Shown in pieces: positions 23,805-35,132 of a stretch of 64,000 nucleotides of DNA. Under the pieces are notes generated by a model. It searched no databases, was not told the DNA's origin, and saw nothing but the letters and a program-made list of their open reading frames with translations. The number at the start of each line of letters is the position of its first letter. Within the stretch, counting starts at the first letter, position 1. The DNA is from the human T2T-CHM13v2.0 reference genome, Homo sapiens. Location: assembly GCF_009914755.1 (NCBI RefSeq), contig NC_060928.1; one strand, written 5' to 3'. The translations under genes were made by a program, and so were the position numbers.

Positions 23805-26504
23805 GTCTCCAAATCCTTTCTGAAAGAAATTATGACTGTCATTTTCCATTTTCAAAAACTGACAATACAGCAGTGGCCAAACCCTCAAAGTTAGTGATAT
23901 TATTGGGTGTAATAAGAATCTGACACATACTTTATAGCTATGGGTGCCAACCCCTAGTGAAATAACTGATAATATTGAACATCTTAAGATAATAATCAAT
24001 ATAATAATAATTCAATATTATAAGAATAATCTTTCCCTTAAGGAAGGATTATTAAGGATTCATCACAGAGTACATTGGAATGATAAAATGTGCTCATGTT
24101 AACTGGCTTGGCAACCACTTTGTTTAACATTTCTTCTGATCTTCATGATTTTGCAAATAGTAGGCAATTGACACAGAAATTGGTTTTAAAATGGACAGAA
24201 AATCCACTAAAATGGACTTCCTCATCTGCATATCTACTAGATGAACCAGAACTCATTTTGTTGTGAAAAAAAATGGAAGAGAAAAGTGCATCCTAGTCAT
24301 GGAAGACCATGGGAAAGGTGAGGGTGTGAGGGGGGCATCCTAGAACACAAACTTCCCTCCCACAGATGGAAGAAGACAATGTTCAGGCCTTCACCAAGGG
24401 GGGAGACAAGGATGTCTGACGCGCCATAGAAAACCTTGCCTTTGAACTGAACTTAGAAATGTTGACTCTATCTGGGCTAGCGCAAGAAAAGTGGGCTGAG
24501 ATGCAATATCCTAGATTGAAGGGATATTGGACACCTTTCTCTTTTCTAATCAAGAACCTGGACAGTCTACTAATATATAAGTATTTACTCCAATATTTGA
24601 AAGTAGAAAATATTCTAAGTGATTTTGAAGGAATATTTTGGTCTTTTCCAAACCCCACTAAAATACTCAAATCCAAGAAGCTTCAGCTTTCGATATTTAA
24701 AGTTTCACTTCTAAAAGTGTTCGGTTTTGTTTTTCTATTCAATTTTGTTTTCCTGCTTTTTAGATTAACTGTATCTTGAGAGTTGGCCAGGAGTAAGAAG
24801 AGTGTTTGGAAGGAAGAGAAGGTGGAAAATGAAGAGGCGGCAAGAGACTCAGGCAATCAGACAAACAAATCATCCATCTTCCCGGCTGAGGTCAGGAATA
24901 TTCGAAAAGCCCTGTGTCCTGCACAGCAGCCCCACGCAGGTTTAGTGCAGCAGATGCTCTCTGGCTGAGTTAGAGAAACAGACAAAACCCTCATTTCTCT
25001 CTGAGCACTAAGTACAGAAGATGAGGCTGCGTCAGTCTCATTAGGAATAATAGACAGAAATTGCTTACAATCATCTCTAATGGGTTGCCAGTTTTCTGAC
25101 AATGGGCTCGGCAATTAGTTTGTCAATTTTTAACCAAATGCAAAAATAATAATAACCCCCTGAGCGAGCTTTTGATCTGCCCTGCCACCTTTCACCTGAT
25201 GCCCCTGAGGTCCCGAAGCACCCTCCCTTGGCCTTTCCACATTTACCACACCCACTTTTGACCAAGGAACTCATCCACCTCCTACAAGAGCTCTCAGAAG
25301 ATCCAGTGGAAAATCCTGGCTGTTCACTCTTTCCTATCCTGGTCCCCTAAACCTTCTGAAAAATACTTTTCCTGTTGTCCTTTGGTGATAGCCTGGTCTA
25401 AATCAGAGACAGGTTTTTTAAAATATTTGATGTCTGACCTGCTTTTTATAATGAATTTCATGATGAAGGAGTTTGTAACTGCCAAACAAAAAAATCTCTG
25501 TTTTGCTCCCCAGTCCTCTGACTGTAGCATGCAGGGTGCAGCCCTGTCTGCCTCTACTGGGGAAGTGACAAGCCTGGCAGGATTCCCGGGGCGCAAACTC
25601 ATGGAGCCTGGAAGGCACAGGGAGGACGGAGCCAGCGGAGAAGGAGGGTGCCATCCAGATGTCCCCTAAAGCAAACCACCTGGCGGTCAATGCACTGAAC
25701 TGGCAACAGGGGCCTACGTGGAAGGCCTGGCTGATTCTACCCATGACATTTCTAGCAAATGCCATCTATGCCTTTGCGCTCCTCTTTCTCTCCTGAGAGA
25801 AAATAATGCCAAACCCTATTACCGCCTCTCTTCAGAGCACTTCAGAGAAAACATTCCATGAATTCAAAGCCCAGCAGCCATGTTATTAATATTTCCACTG
25901 CGATGCCTGCATTCTTTCTAAGGCTTGAGATGATTTACAGGCATCCTCTTCACCTCATCACAATGGGGGACAGCAGGCTAAGGGGATGGAGAGGGTGTTC
26001 TGGACAAGGACACATGACAAACCAGCACATTGCAGAGCAAATTCCTCCTCTTCCTGAGGCTTGTATGTGAACCTGTCCCTTTAAAAAGAAAAAGGGCATA
26101 AAGGGAGAGCAGGGAAGTCTACAAGACAGCAATCCCTGTTGCTACCACATTCCCCTTTCTCACGCAGCCCTTCCCGAATTCTCCTGTCCTCAGGCAAGTG
26201 TCCCTGGGATAAAACGAACTACAAAGAGTTCATTTTACCCCGTGCCAGGAGGTGTGACAGTGCCACACAGACATTATCACATTCTCAGGGAACCTTCCCT
26301 GACCACCCTGTGAAAACTGCTGACTCTGTTATGCTGTTTGCATCCTTCACGGCACATATTAGTTTTATTTACAGGCTTACAAACTTATTTGTCTCTCTCT
26401 CTTGTTAGCTCCTAGAAGTCTCACGGGTCTGATTCTTTCCATGCCTGCCATAGTGCACAGCACCTAACCATCAATTTCTATCAAATTAATTTGCTAATTC
26501 ATTA

Positions 26505-26660
26505 ACCATAATCCTTCTAACAACAGTGGAAACTAGGTATGATTATCCCTACTTTACAGATGAGAAGCCTGAGTCCAGGACAAGTGTAGTGACTTTTCCA
26601 AGGCTACAGAGCTTAATAACTGTGGAAGGCAGGATGCGACCCCAAAACTCTTGGGCTTGT
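26505..26660 (-). mobile_element. MIR SINE (L2 remnant immediately upstream)
   Basis: ATTATCCCTACTTTACAGATGAGAAGCCTGAGTCCAG..GTGACTTTTCCAAGGCTACA. Confidence 0.75.
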
Positions 26661-29017
26661 GCCTTCACCCCTGGGCCACGTGCATCAACACGGCATGATG
26701 TTCCTCCTTCCACCAGCCAACCGCATCCCTCCCACTTCATTCACAGAAGCTCAAGGCCTACCTCCTCCTTGAAGTTTTGCCCGTTATTTTCTTCACAATT
26801 GCTGACCTTTTCAGTGGACTCTCATATTTACTTACATAATAGCTTGCATGGAGGCTATTTGTTTACCTTAGTTATGTAATGATTAGAAAAGAAAGGAACC
26901 AGGAGGGAGGGAAGTCAGGAAGAGAAAATGGAGGTAAATGGATTTCAGAACAGGAGGAGGTATTTGTGCCATGCAGCCTTGAAGACACATAAAGAAAGCT
27001 GATGGAGACAAAACAGGGAGGCCCAGGGAGTGCATCCTGCCTATCGGGAGGAAGGAGCCAAGATGTGCGAGACCACAGACCACGGTTCTGCTTAGTTCTG
27101 CTGCGTTTGGCATGGGGCTGCCATGAGTGGCCCTACAGTGCTGCAACCCTCAGTACCAAGCAGGAAAATGGAGAGAAATGCCCGGCTCAAGGATAGCTCT
27201 TTCCCCTACTCTACCCTAAGCCATGGTTCCTGGCTAAGTTTTCCCCATTTTCCTGTTGGGAGCATCTCAATCCCTCAGTACTTCAAATCTACAAATAGTT
27301 AGGGGGGCAGAAAAGGCAACAGACTGCAAGGTCAAGAAACCCTGTTCACTGTTTAATGCATACTTGAAATGTTTAGAGCAAGGTTTTGCCCTATAACCTG
27401 CTGTGTGTTTTCCCATAAACCCCTGCTGACTGCCTGACTGTTTGCACTTAAGCAGAGGGCTTCTAATGTGTCCAGACACAGACAAAATGAGTTCTTCACC
27501 TCCCTGGCTTCTGCATCTCAAGATAGCGTGATTGCTTCTTCAAATCTCTTTACTCCACCCTATTTGAGGTGCTCAGCTATCTTAAGAGTGAGCAGAGAAA
27601 GTAAGACTTAAGATGCAAAGTGGAAAAGAGCTCTCTGGCTATTCGAGACTATCATAATAGTGTATCAAGATTTCAGAAGCATACGATTGAGTCCAATCAT
27701 GGAATAAAGCAAATCCAGAATCATTTATGGGTTGAATGCCCCCATCACTGCCTTAAGAGGGGTAGCTCCATCCCTTGGCCCACAGCATGCAGGACAAAAG
27801 AGAGATGAATAAAGAGTAACTATTTACCAGTTCTTTATTCTGTTACAGCCAGGAGCAGAAGCTGACATCCACAAGGACCCTTTTCAGCAAGGGATTATAT
27901 ATCACACCATAGAAATACATAAAGGATAAATTATATCCCTGAGATCATCATGCCTCCATTGACCTGCCCAAGGTTTAAAGGCAGCTGCAATTAGGTGCTA
28001 CAGTCACAGATCTGCTGGTAGCTTAGCATGCCTGCATTCACTTTAATCCTGCAGAAATGGAGCCAGAATGAATTTTGTAGGCATGTCCTTCATCCAAGTT
28101 TGAATTCCACGGGTCTGATTCAGATTTGCGAGAGTTTAGTAATTTGCTTTTGTTAACGAGATCTTTCTCAGCTTCTGCAGTGTTTACAATATGAGATCTA
28201 ATTTGGGCTTAAAATGCTCATGCAAATTAACTGCATTACTTTTAAAAATGCAATTGGGAAGAGATGGAGAGGGAAAACGATGTGACATGCCACAAACTTA
28301 CCACGTTTGCACATTTGCTGGAGAGTTCTTCCAGCTGCTGGCGCGGACGAGCCCCGCACATGCTAACGCTCCAGCCCCTCGGTCAGGCCTGACTCCCAGA
28401 CACAGGGACGGATTAAGGAATCTATTTCACCGCTTTTTGCAATAAGAGGAATTGAATATCTGTTTGGAATAAGAGCTTCAAGGTTTTATTTATTTTAATG
28501 TTTAAAAAGCACACAAGACCCCTGATGCAAAGCTTCTGGAGCACAGTGGAATTGGCCACAATGCCGGTGATTATCAGGCCTTTTTAAATAATAAGCTTTC
28601 ACCTGCCGAGTGCTTCCATGTGGCAGGCATGACTCTGAGCACGCTACTTACACCACCTCCCAACAGCCTGAGGAGGAGGTTAAAGCACAGAGCAGGGAGT
28701 AGCCACACAGCTACTCATCGGCAGCTCTGGAATTGAAACCCAGCTCGACTGGCCCCTGACACCTCACTCATCATCACTCTGACAGGCTGCCTGCTCTAAA
28801 CGGCTTTTGGGCAAAAAAATAAAATAAAATTAGAAAAGACTCATTCAATTATGACAGCCGCATCCTCTGAATGTAAACAATACTTAAAATACGTTTAATG
28901 TATGTATTTAGTAAAAGCCAGGGAGGCGATTTTCAAGCCCGTAGTGAAAAGGTTGGATCAGTCCAAACAGACCCAAGACACATGGGTGCAGACTTTTAAC
29001 AGGAGGAAGAAACCGCT

Positions 29018-29315
29018 TCTTCAAGTGAATTAACACAGGAACAGAAAACCAAATACTGTGTGCACTCATTTATAAGTGTGATCTAAACACTGGATACATA
29101 CGGACATAAAGACGGGAACGACAGACACTGGGGACCCCTGCAGGAGAGAGGCGGGGAGTGGGCAAGGGCTGAAAAGCTACCTGTTGGGTACTATGCTCAC
29201 TACCTAGGTGACAGGATCATTCATACCCCAGCCTCAGTGTCACACAATATACCCAGGTAACAAACCTGCACATGGACCCACAGAATCTAAAATAAAAGTC
29301 AAAATTCTTTTAAAA
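29018..29315 (+). mobile_element. 5'-truncated L1 3' UTR (L1PA15/16-like)
   Basis: AACAGAAAACCAAATACTG..CTCATTTATAAGTG..GGCTGAAAAGCTACCTGTTGGGTACTATGCTCACTACCT.GGTGAC..GTAACAAACCTGCACATG..AATCTAAAATAAAAGT. Confidence 0.88.
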
Positions 29316-29774
29316 GAAACCATCTTATTCAGAGCACAGGAATGTGTTGCTTTCAGAGAAAGATCAACTGGCTGTCTCCAAAGGAGACACATCCTTCGAG
29401 CCACAGAACTCATTTCTTCATTACACCAAGACGGGACCCAGGTCCATCTCAGAGGCAGAATAGGAATAACAATGATGTGTACGCCCAGAATCCTGAAGTA
29501 TTAATTTCCCATGAAAATTAGATTTGCCATGTGAACCATAATGGAACATTGTCCACCTTATTCTTCCCTTAGGCTGACCTGTGGGAGAAGTCAACCCATA
29601 ATCAGAAGTGGAGTTTGTGAACATGAAATCAGAATACATGTTCTTAGTTAGATCCAGGTTAATGGCATATCATGGTGACAGCTTGTCAATTAATCTACTT
29701 TTGCAATAAGGATGGCCTTGTGAATCAGAATCTGATCTCTCAGCTCCCTTCACTTCTCCAATTCCTCTATTTCT

Positions 29775-29918
29775 ACACACACGCACACACACACACACAC
29801 ACACATGCCTATAAGCTTTATAAAGAAAGGGGTCATGTCTGTTTTGCTCACCAGTTTTCCCAGTGCTTGGCACATTCACTCATTGAGTGAATTAATTAAA
29901 TGAAGGAGTGAATGAACG
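29775..29918 (+). mobile_element. (CA)n microsatellite plus L2 3' end
   Basis: CA run at 29775-29804, then ATGTCTGTTTTGCTCACC..CCCAGTGCTTGGCACAT..GAATGAA. Confidence 0.75.
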
Positions 29919-30064
29919 AAGTCTAACACTTCAAGGCAGCTCTAGCAAAGTAAGATGGCCCCAGAATAGACCCCTAGCTCTGAGATGGCTTTAAAAATAA
30001 TTTCACCTCCAGAGACAACCCTCCCAACCAAACCTGGGTTAGGAGCTCCAGCAAGATGCTTACA

Positions 30065-30255
30065 TCTCACTGTACTCTTGCCACAGCACTGAATAAGCAC
30101 AGCCTTATAATTGCCTGCTTACTGATGGCTTTGTCCCCACTACACTCCATGAGAGCAGAAGCTATTTCTATCCTATTGATTGCTTTATCCCCCGAATCTA
30201 GCACAGGGCCTGGCATATAATAGATATTCAATACATATTTGTGAATAAATAAAAG
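30065..30255 (+). mobile_element. L2 3' end
   Basis: CTCCATGAGAGCAG..ATCCCCCGAATCTAGCACAGGGCCTGGCATATAATAGATATTCAATACATATTTGTGAATAAATAAA. Confidence 0.8.
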
Positions 30256-30539
30256 AGAGAAGTGCATTTATTTAAAAGAATTTGGTGAAATATTTTCAAA
30301 TTTGCACTGGCATTAAAGTGAAATATGGTAGTATTAAATTGGCTTCAAATAGAACTATAAACAGAAGTATGGGGATCTTGGGGGCCCTCGTAGGAATATA
30401 GAAGCCCTATGAACCCTGCTTCAGTGGCAGAAGGGTCCTCCCTTCCATTTGAAGTTTTAGGAGGTGACTGATACATTTGGTATATTTCAGCAATGATTAT
30501 AATTCAGCAATGCTACCAAAGACCTAGGATCGAGCAACA

Positions 30540-30745
30540 AGCTAAGTATATCATGTAGACAGTATTATCTTCTTAAATTTTCATAGAATCACTGTGAATT
30601 ATTATCCCCATTTTCAGGTGATGAAATCAAAGATTATAGAGATTAACTCACCTGCCCTAGGTTACCAAACCAGTTAGAGGTAGCGCAAGAATCGAAAACC
30701 AGGCATACCTGACTCCAAAGCCTGTGCTCATCTTAAGCACCATGG
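30540..30745 (-). mobile_element. MIR SINE
   Basis: ATTATCCCCATTTTCAGGTGATGAAATC..CCTGCCCTAGGTTAC..CTGACTCCAAAGCCTGTGCTC. Confidence 0.8.
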
Positions 30746-30963
30746 TGGGCTCCCTCTCTATATGATACAGTCTCTCCAAACAAGTGAATTAAGTGGCATA
30801 TTTAAATATGAGCACACAAGTCATAGTTAACAAAGTATTATTTAATTAAACTTTTAAATAACTTACCCCATCCCAGTTTCTGCCATGTCACACATATAAA
30901 AAAGGCAGACAAAATTAATTACATCTATATGGCTGAATAAAGCGTTCACTTGGAAATCTTGAC

Positions 30964-31171
30964 TGTTATGGTCTAAATGTTTGTGTCCCCACAAAATTCA
31001 TGTGTTGAAACTTAATCCCCAATGTAATAGTATTAAGAGGTGGGGCCACTGAGGGGTGATTAGGTCATGAGGGCTCCACCCTCATGAATGGGATTAATGC
31101 CCTTATAAAAGGGATAGAGGGAGCTTGCTTGCCCCTTGTATTATTCAGGGTTCTATAGAGGGACAGAACTA

Positions 31172-31221
<50 letters not shown>

Positions 31222-31809
31222 GTTAAGTATATATATATATGAGTTAAGTATTAACTCACACGATCACAAGGTCCCACAATAGGCTGTCTGCAAGCTGAGG
31301 AATAAGGACAGCCAGTCTGTGTCCCAAAACTAAAGACCCTGGAGTCTGATGTTCAAGGGCAGGAAGCATCCAGAACAGGAGAAAGATGAAGGCTGGGAGG
31401 CTAGGCCAGTCTCTCTTTTCACATTTTTCTGCCTGCTTATATTCTAGCTGCACTGGCAGCTGATTAGATTGTGCCCACCCAGATTAAGGGTGGGTCTGCC
31501 TTTCCCAGCCCACTAACTTGAATGTTAATCTCCTTTGGCAACACCCTCACAGATACACCCAGGATCAATACTTTGTATCCTTCAATCCAATCAAGTTGAC
31601 CCTCAGTATTAGCTCTCATACCCCTTGTACCATGTAAGCACATATAAAAGCCACCTTCTATGAGGAGCTATCTCTTATCAGACACTGAATCTGCTGGAGC
31701 TTCGATCTTGGACTTACCAGCCTCCAGAACTATGAGCAATAAATGGCTGTGGTTTATAAATTATCCAGTCAAAGATATTTTGTTATAACAGCCAGAAAGA
31801 ACTAAGACA
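30964..31809 (+). mobile_element. MSTD-like MaLR solo LTR, split by a nested MLT2A1
   Basis: 5' half at 30964-31136 (TGTTATGGTCTAAATGTTTGTGTCCCC..), 3' half at 31621-31809 (..CCAGCCTCCAGAACTATGAG..ACTAAGACA). Flanks TTGAC/TTGGC. Confidence 0.85.
31137..31620 (-). mobile_element. MLT2A1-like (HERV-L) solo LTR with internal (TA)n
   Basis: TGTATTATTCAGGGTTCTATAGAGGGACAGAACTAAT..GGCTGGGAGGCTAGGCCAGTCT..CCTTCAATCCAATCAAGTTGAC. Perfect TSD CCCCT (31132-31136 and 31621-31625). Confidence 0.9.
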
Positions 31810-32371
31810 TTGGCTGTGGTCTGGTCACCAATTCCATTCCAAATGACTTGTCTTCCCATGTCTATTCAGCCAAGTCCTATAAGCAACATGCTTTGTTTTG
31901 CAAAGCTTACTCAGAGCCTAAAAGTTTTTCTGTATGCACCAAAGCAACCTATTCACACTGAAAGCATGAATTTAAAGTCCATATTCAGCCAATCTGCAAG
32001 GCAAAAAAGACAGAAAGGAGAATTTGAGCTTGCCTCTCATGACAGAATGGCTTGGAATGATGACCTGGGTGAGGACTATTTTTTCATTCTGCCTCAAGGG
32101 TAAAGGTAGGCTATAGTAGGATATCTAAAAAGTTAATATATAAGAACTTTTTTTTATTTCTTAATCTCTATGTTTCCATGGTAACAGAACCATCAACCAA
32201 CAAATGTGTCCTTCTTTCCTGCAAATAAAATTTCTTCCTTGAAGAAAATGTTAATGACACATTTATGCATTTTCATAAGTAACATATCTTGGGGAGTTTC
32301 CAATAAAATCCATGATTTTTCCCCATTTCTCTCATTCCCCAACAACTTATCCAAGAATTGATGTTCTGGAT

Positions 32372-32750
32372 TGATATGGCTTGGGTCTGTGTTCCCACCC
32401 AAATCTCATGTCAAATTGTAATCCCCAGTGTTGGAGGTGGGGCCTGGTGAGAGGTGAGCAGATCATAGGGGCGGAGTTCTCATGAATGGTTTAGCACCAT
32501 CCCCATCCCCCCTTGGTACTGTATAGTGAGTGAGTTCTTACAAGATCTGTTGTGTCAAAGCGTGTGGTACCTGCCTGCTGCTCTCTCTTCCTCCTGCTCC
32601 ATCCATATAAGATGTACCTGCTTCCCCTTCACCTTTCACCATGAGTAAAAGCTTCCTGAGGCCTCCCCAGAAGCAAAGCAGAAGCTAGACTGCAGAACCA
32701 TGAACCAACTAAACCTCTTTTCTTTATAAATCACCTAGTCTTGGATAATT
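32372..32750 (+). mobile_element. MSTA MaLR LTR (3' terminus missing or degraded)
   Basis: TGATATGGCTTGGGTCTGTGTTCCCACCCAAATCTCATGTCAAATTGTAATCCCCAGTGTTGGAGGTGGGGCCTGGTG..AAACCTCTTTTCTTTATAAAT. Confidence 0.88.
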
Positions 32751-33524
32751 TATGTCTATCCAGTTAGACAGCAGACGTTTGCCAGAGGAGTCGCTCAGTA
32801 TCAAAGTCCCATGGCTTTAGTAGTCTGCTCATTCTGCTTGCCACTTATTTCCCCTCCTGCATTTCTTGGTTAATTGTCCTCTCCTATTTCATCTTTCCTT
32901 GTCTTTGCAGATACACAGTTCTGGATAAGGCACAATGCTCATTCCTAAATGAGACTAGTGCACTGCATTTGGCATGCACAAAAGATAAATAATTTCAGAG
33001 CATAAGTTTACAAACTTTGTGTAAAATAAGCTTAGGAAACTCTACAGCCAAATATTGTCAATCAGCATTCCTGGCACGTTTGCTCATTAAATGCTATGCA
33101 AGTCAAGCAGGTCTTTATCGTTGTTGAAATAGCAAATCTGCACATTTTGTGTGATTCAAAATATTTGTAATAAAACTGCTACTAAATATATAAGCATGGC
33201 GTTGGTCCTCCCAGCACAATTTTTTCTGAGGAGTGAAGGAAAGGATCATACCCAGCAGTATAGCTCTGGGGAGTTTTGCCCATGATGATAGAGTATTTTG
33301 GAGGGTAAAGAGGGAGAAGGAGGGAGAAGCAATTGTAAAACCCAGGGAGACAGGATATGGGGCTCCATTTGCTAAGGGAAAAACAGCTGGAAATCCACTG
33401 TAGTTATTACAGAAAATAAGAAAGTTCCTTGGAAATTAAATTTAGGGAAGATGAAATTGAAAGCAAGAGGAAATGAAAAGTCTCTCTGGTTTAAAGAAAG
33501 CACATTTAAGAAAAAGTGAAGTCA

Positions 33525-33845
33525 TGGTAAACATTTTTCAGATACCTCTATGGAGTTCTTGTTTTCTGAATGACCAGTTCTTCTCCTTTATTCATTTTTC
33601 TATTATATTGTTCATCTTTTTTATTGATTGGTAAGCACTCTTTGTGTATTAGGGCTATTAACCTTTATTTCTGAAGTATGCATTACAAGTGGAGTTCCTA
33701 TCTGTCAGTCTTGTTTGTGGTAAGCATTATTTTCCTATGGAGGACTTTTTAATTTGTAAAAAGTCAAAACTATCAACTTTTTCCTTCATGCTTTGTGAAT
33801 TTTGTTTTAAGCTCAGAAAGGCCTTCCGTACACCAAGATTATTAA
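33525..33845 (-). mobile_element. Old L1 (L1M/L1ME) ORF2 fragment, inverted
   Basis: Reverse complement follows L1 ORF2 3' sequence (AATCTTGGTGTACGGAAGGCCTTTCT..AAAGTTGATAGTTTTGACTT..AAAATTAAAAAGTC..CAATCAATAAAAAAGATGAACAAT). Confidence 0.75.
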
Positions 33846-33908
33846 AATCTCACCACTAGTAATTAAAAATGCAAATAAAATGAGATTTAATTTTTTACCT
33901 ATCAAATC

Positions 33909-34951
33909 CATTTATTCATCTCTTTAGAAAACATTTTTCAAGTGTCCATTATGTGACAAGCATTGCACTGAGAGCTGGGAATACAGGATTATAGAAAACA
34001 GGAAAAAAAAATCTCTGCCCTTGTGACATTTACTTTCTATTGGATCAAGATAAGAAATACGATGAGTAAGTAAACTGCATGATGTATTAAGGAACAAGTT
34101 CTATGAGGTGAAATAAAGCTAGAAAGGAATAGGAATGCTGGAAGGTGGGACAGGTAGCAATTTAAATAGCATGATCAGGACAGGTCTAGTTGAATGAGCC
34201 ATGCTGATAATCTGGGAGGCAGTGATCTGGGCCAAGCCACTTGGTATGCTACAGGAACAGCGAGGAGGCCCATGTGGCCAGAGGGGTGTGGGAAACAAGA
34301 GTAAGTGTGGAAATAGTTTAGAGTACAAGCAGTAAGCATAAGTGGAGGAGGAAGCATAGGTGGAGGAGTAATCACCTAGACCATCAGCTACGGCCTGTGG
34401 GCCACTGTAGGGATTCAGGCTCTTACTCCAAATGACGTGGGGTAGCTCTGGAGGGTCTTGACTACAGATATTATCTTACAATCTTACAGAATCATTCTGG
34501 CTTCCCTGCTGAGAATAGATTCTTCTGGAAGTAGGTCAATGTGAGGGGATTAGTGCAATAATCCAGGTGAGAGATGAAGGCGGCATAGCTCTGTGGTAAC
34601 AGGGAATTGGAAGTGAATGATACCTGTAAGAAAGATAAGAATCAAGGATGGCATCAAGATCTTCAGCCTGGGCAACTGGAAGGACAGAGTGGCCATTAAC
34701 TGTGAAGGAAAGGCTGCAAGTGAAGTAGATTTGGGGGAAGGAGAACGTCGGGGAGAGGTTGAGGGGTCTTGTTTTGGACACATTGGCTTTAAGATACTCA
34801 CTAGGAATCCAAGTTGAGATGGCAGATAGCGAGAGCAACAAGGCAGATTTCCAAAGCACTTTTCCATCTGTGAGCTGGAGATGTACATTTACAAATCCTG
34901 AGAATATAGGTGGAATTTAAAGCCATAAGACTGAATGAGATGACCATGGGA
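33909..34951 (-). mobile_element. L2 (L2a-like) LINE, about 1 kb
   Basis: Antisense tail CATTTATTCA..AAACATTT..AAGTGTCCATTATGTGACAAGCATTG. Body ATAATCCAGGTGAGAGATGAAGG..GCCTGGGCAACTGGAAGGACAGAGTGGCCATTAACTG..GTTTTGGACACATTG. Confidence 0.88.
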
Positions 34952-34975
34952 CCAGCAAACATTAAGAATATTGAT

Positions 34976-35132
34976 GGCCGGGCATGGTGGCTCATGCCTG
35001 TAATCCTAGCACTTTGGGAAACTGAGGCAGGAGGATTGCTTGAGCCCAGGAGTTTGAGGCCAGCCTAAGCAACAGAGTGAGACCCCATCTTCTAATATAT
35101 ATATATATATATTAGAAGATATATATATGTAA
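34976..35132 (+). mobile_element. FLAM_C Alu monomer with (AT)n tail
   Basis: Single left monomer GGCCGGGCATGGTGG..GGATTGCTTGAGCCCAGGAGTTTGAG..GAGACCCCATCT. TSD AAGAATATTGA (34964-34974 and 35133-35143). Confidence 0.9.

Noticed and set aside
25672-25689. Second CTCF-like motif (minus strand CCGCCAGGTGGTTT)
   Set aside because: It lacks the GGC(A/G) end of the core and is much weaker than the 20.5 kb site.
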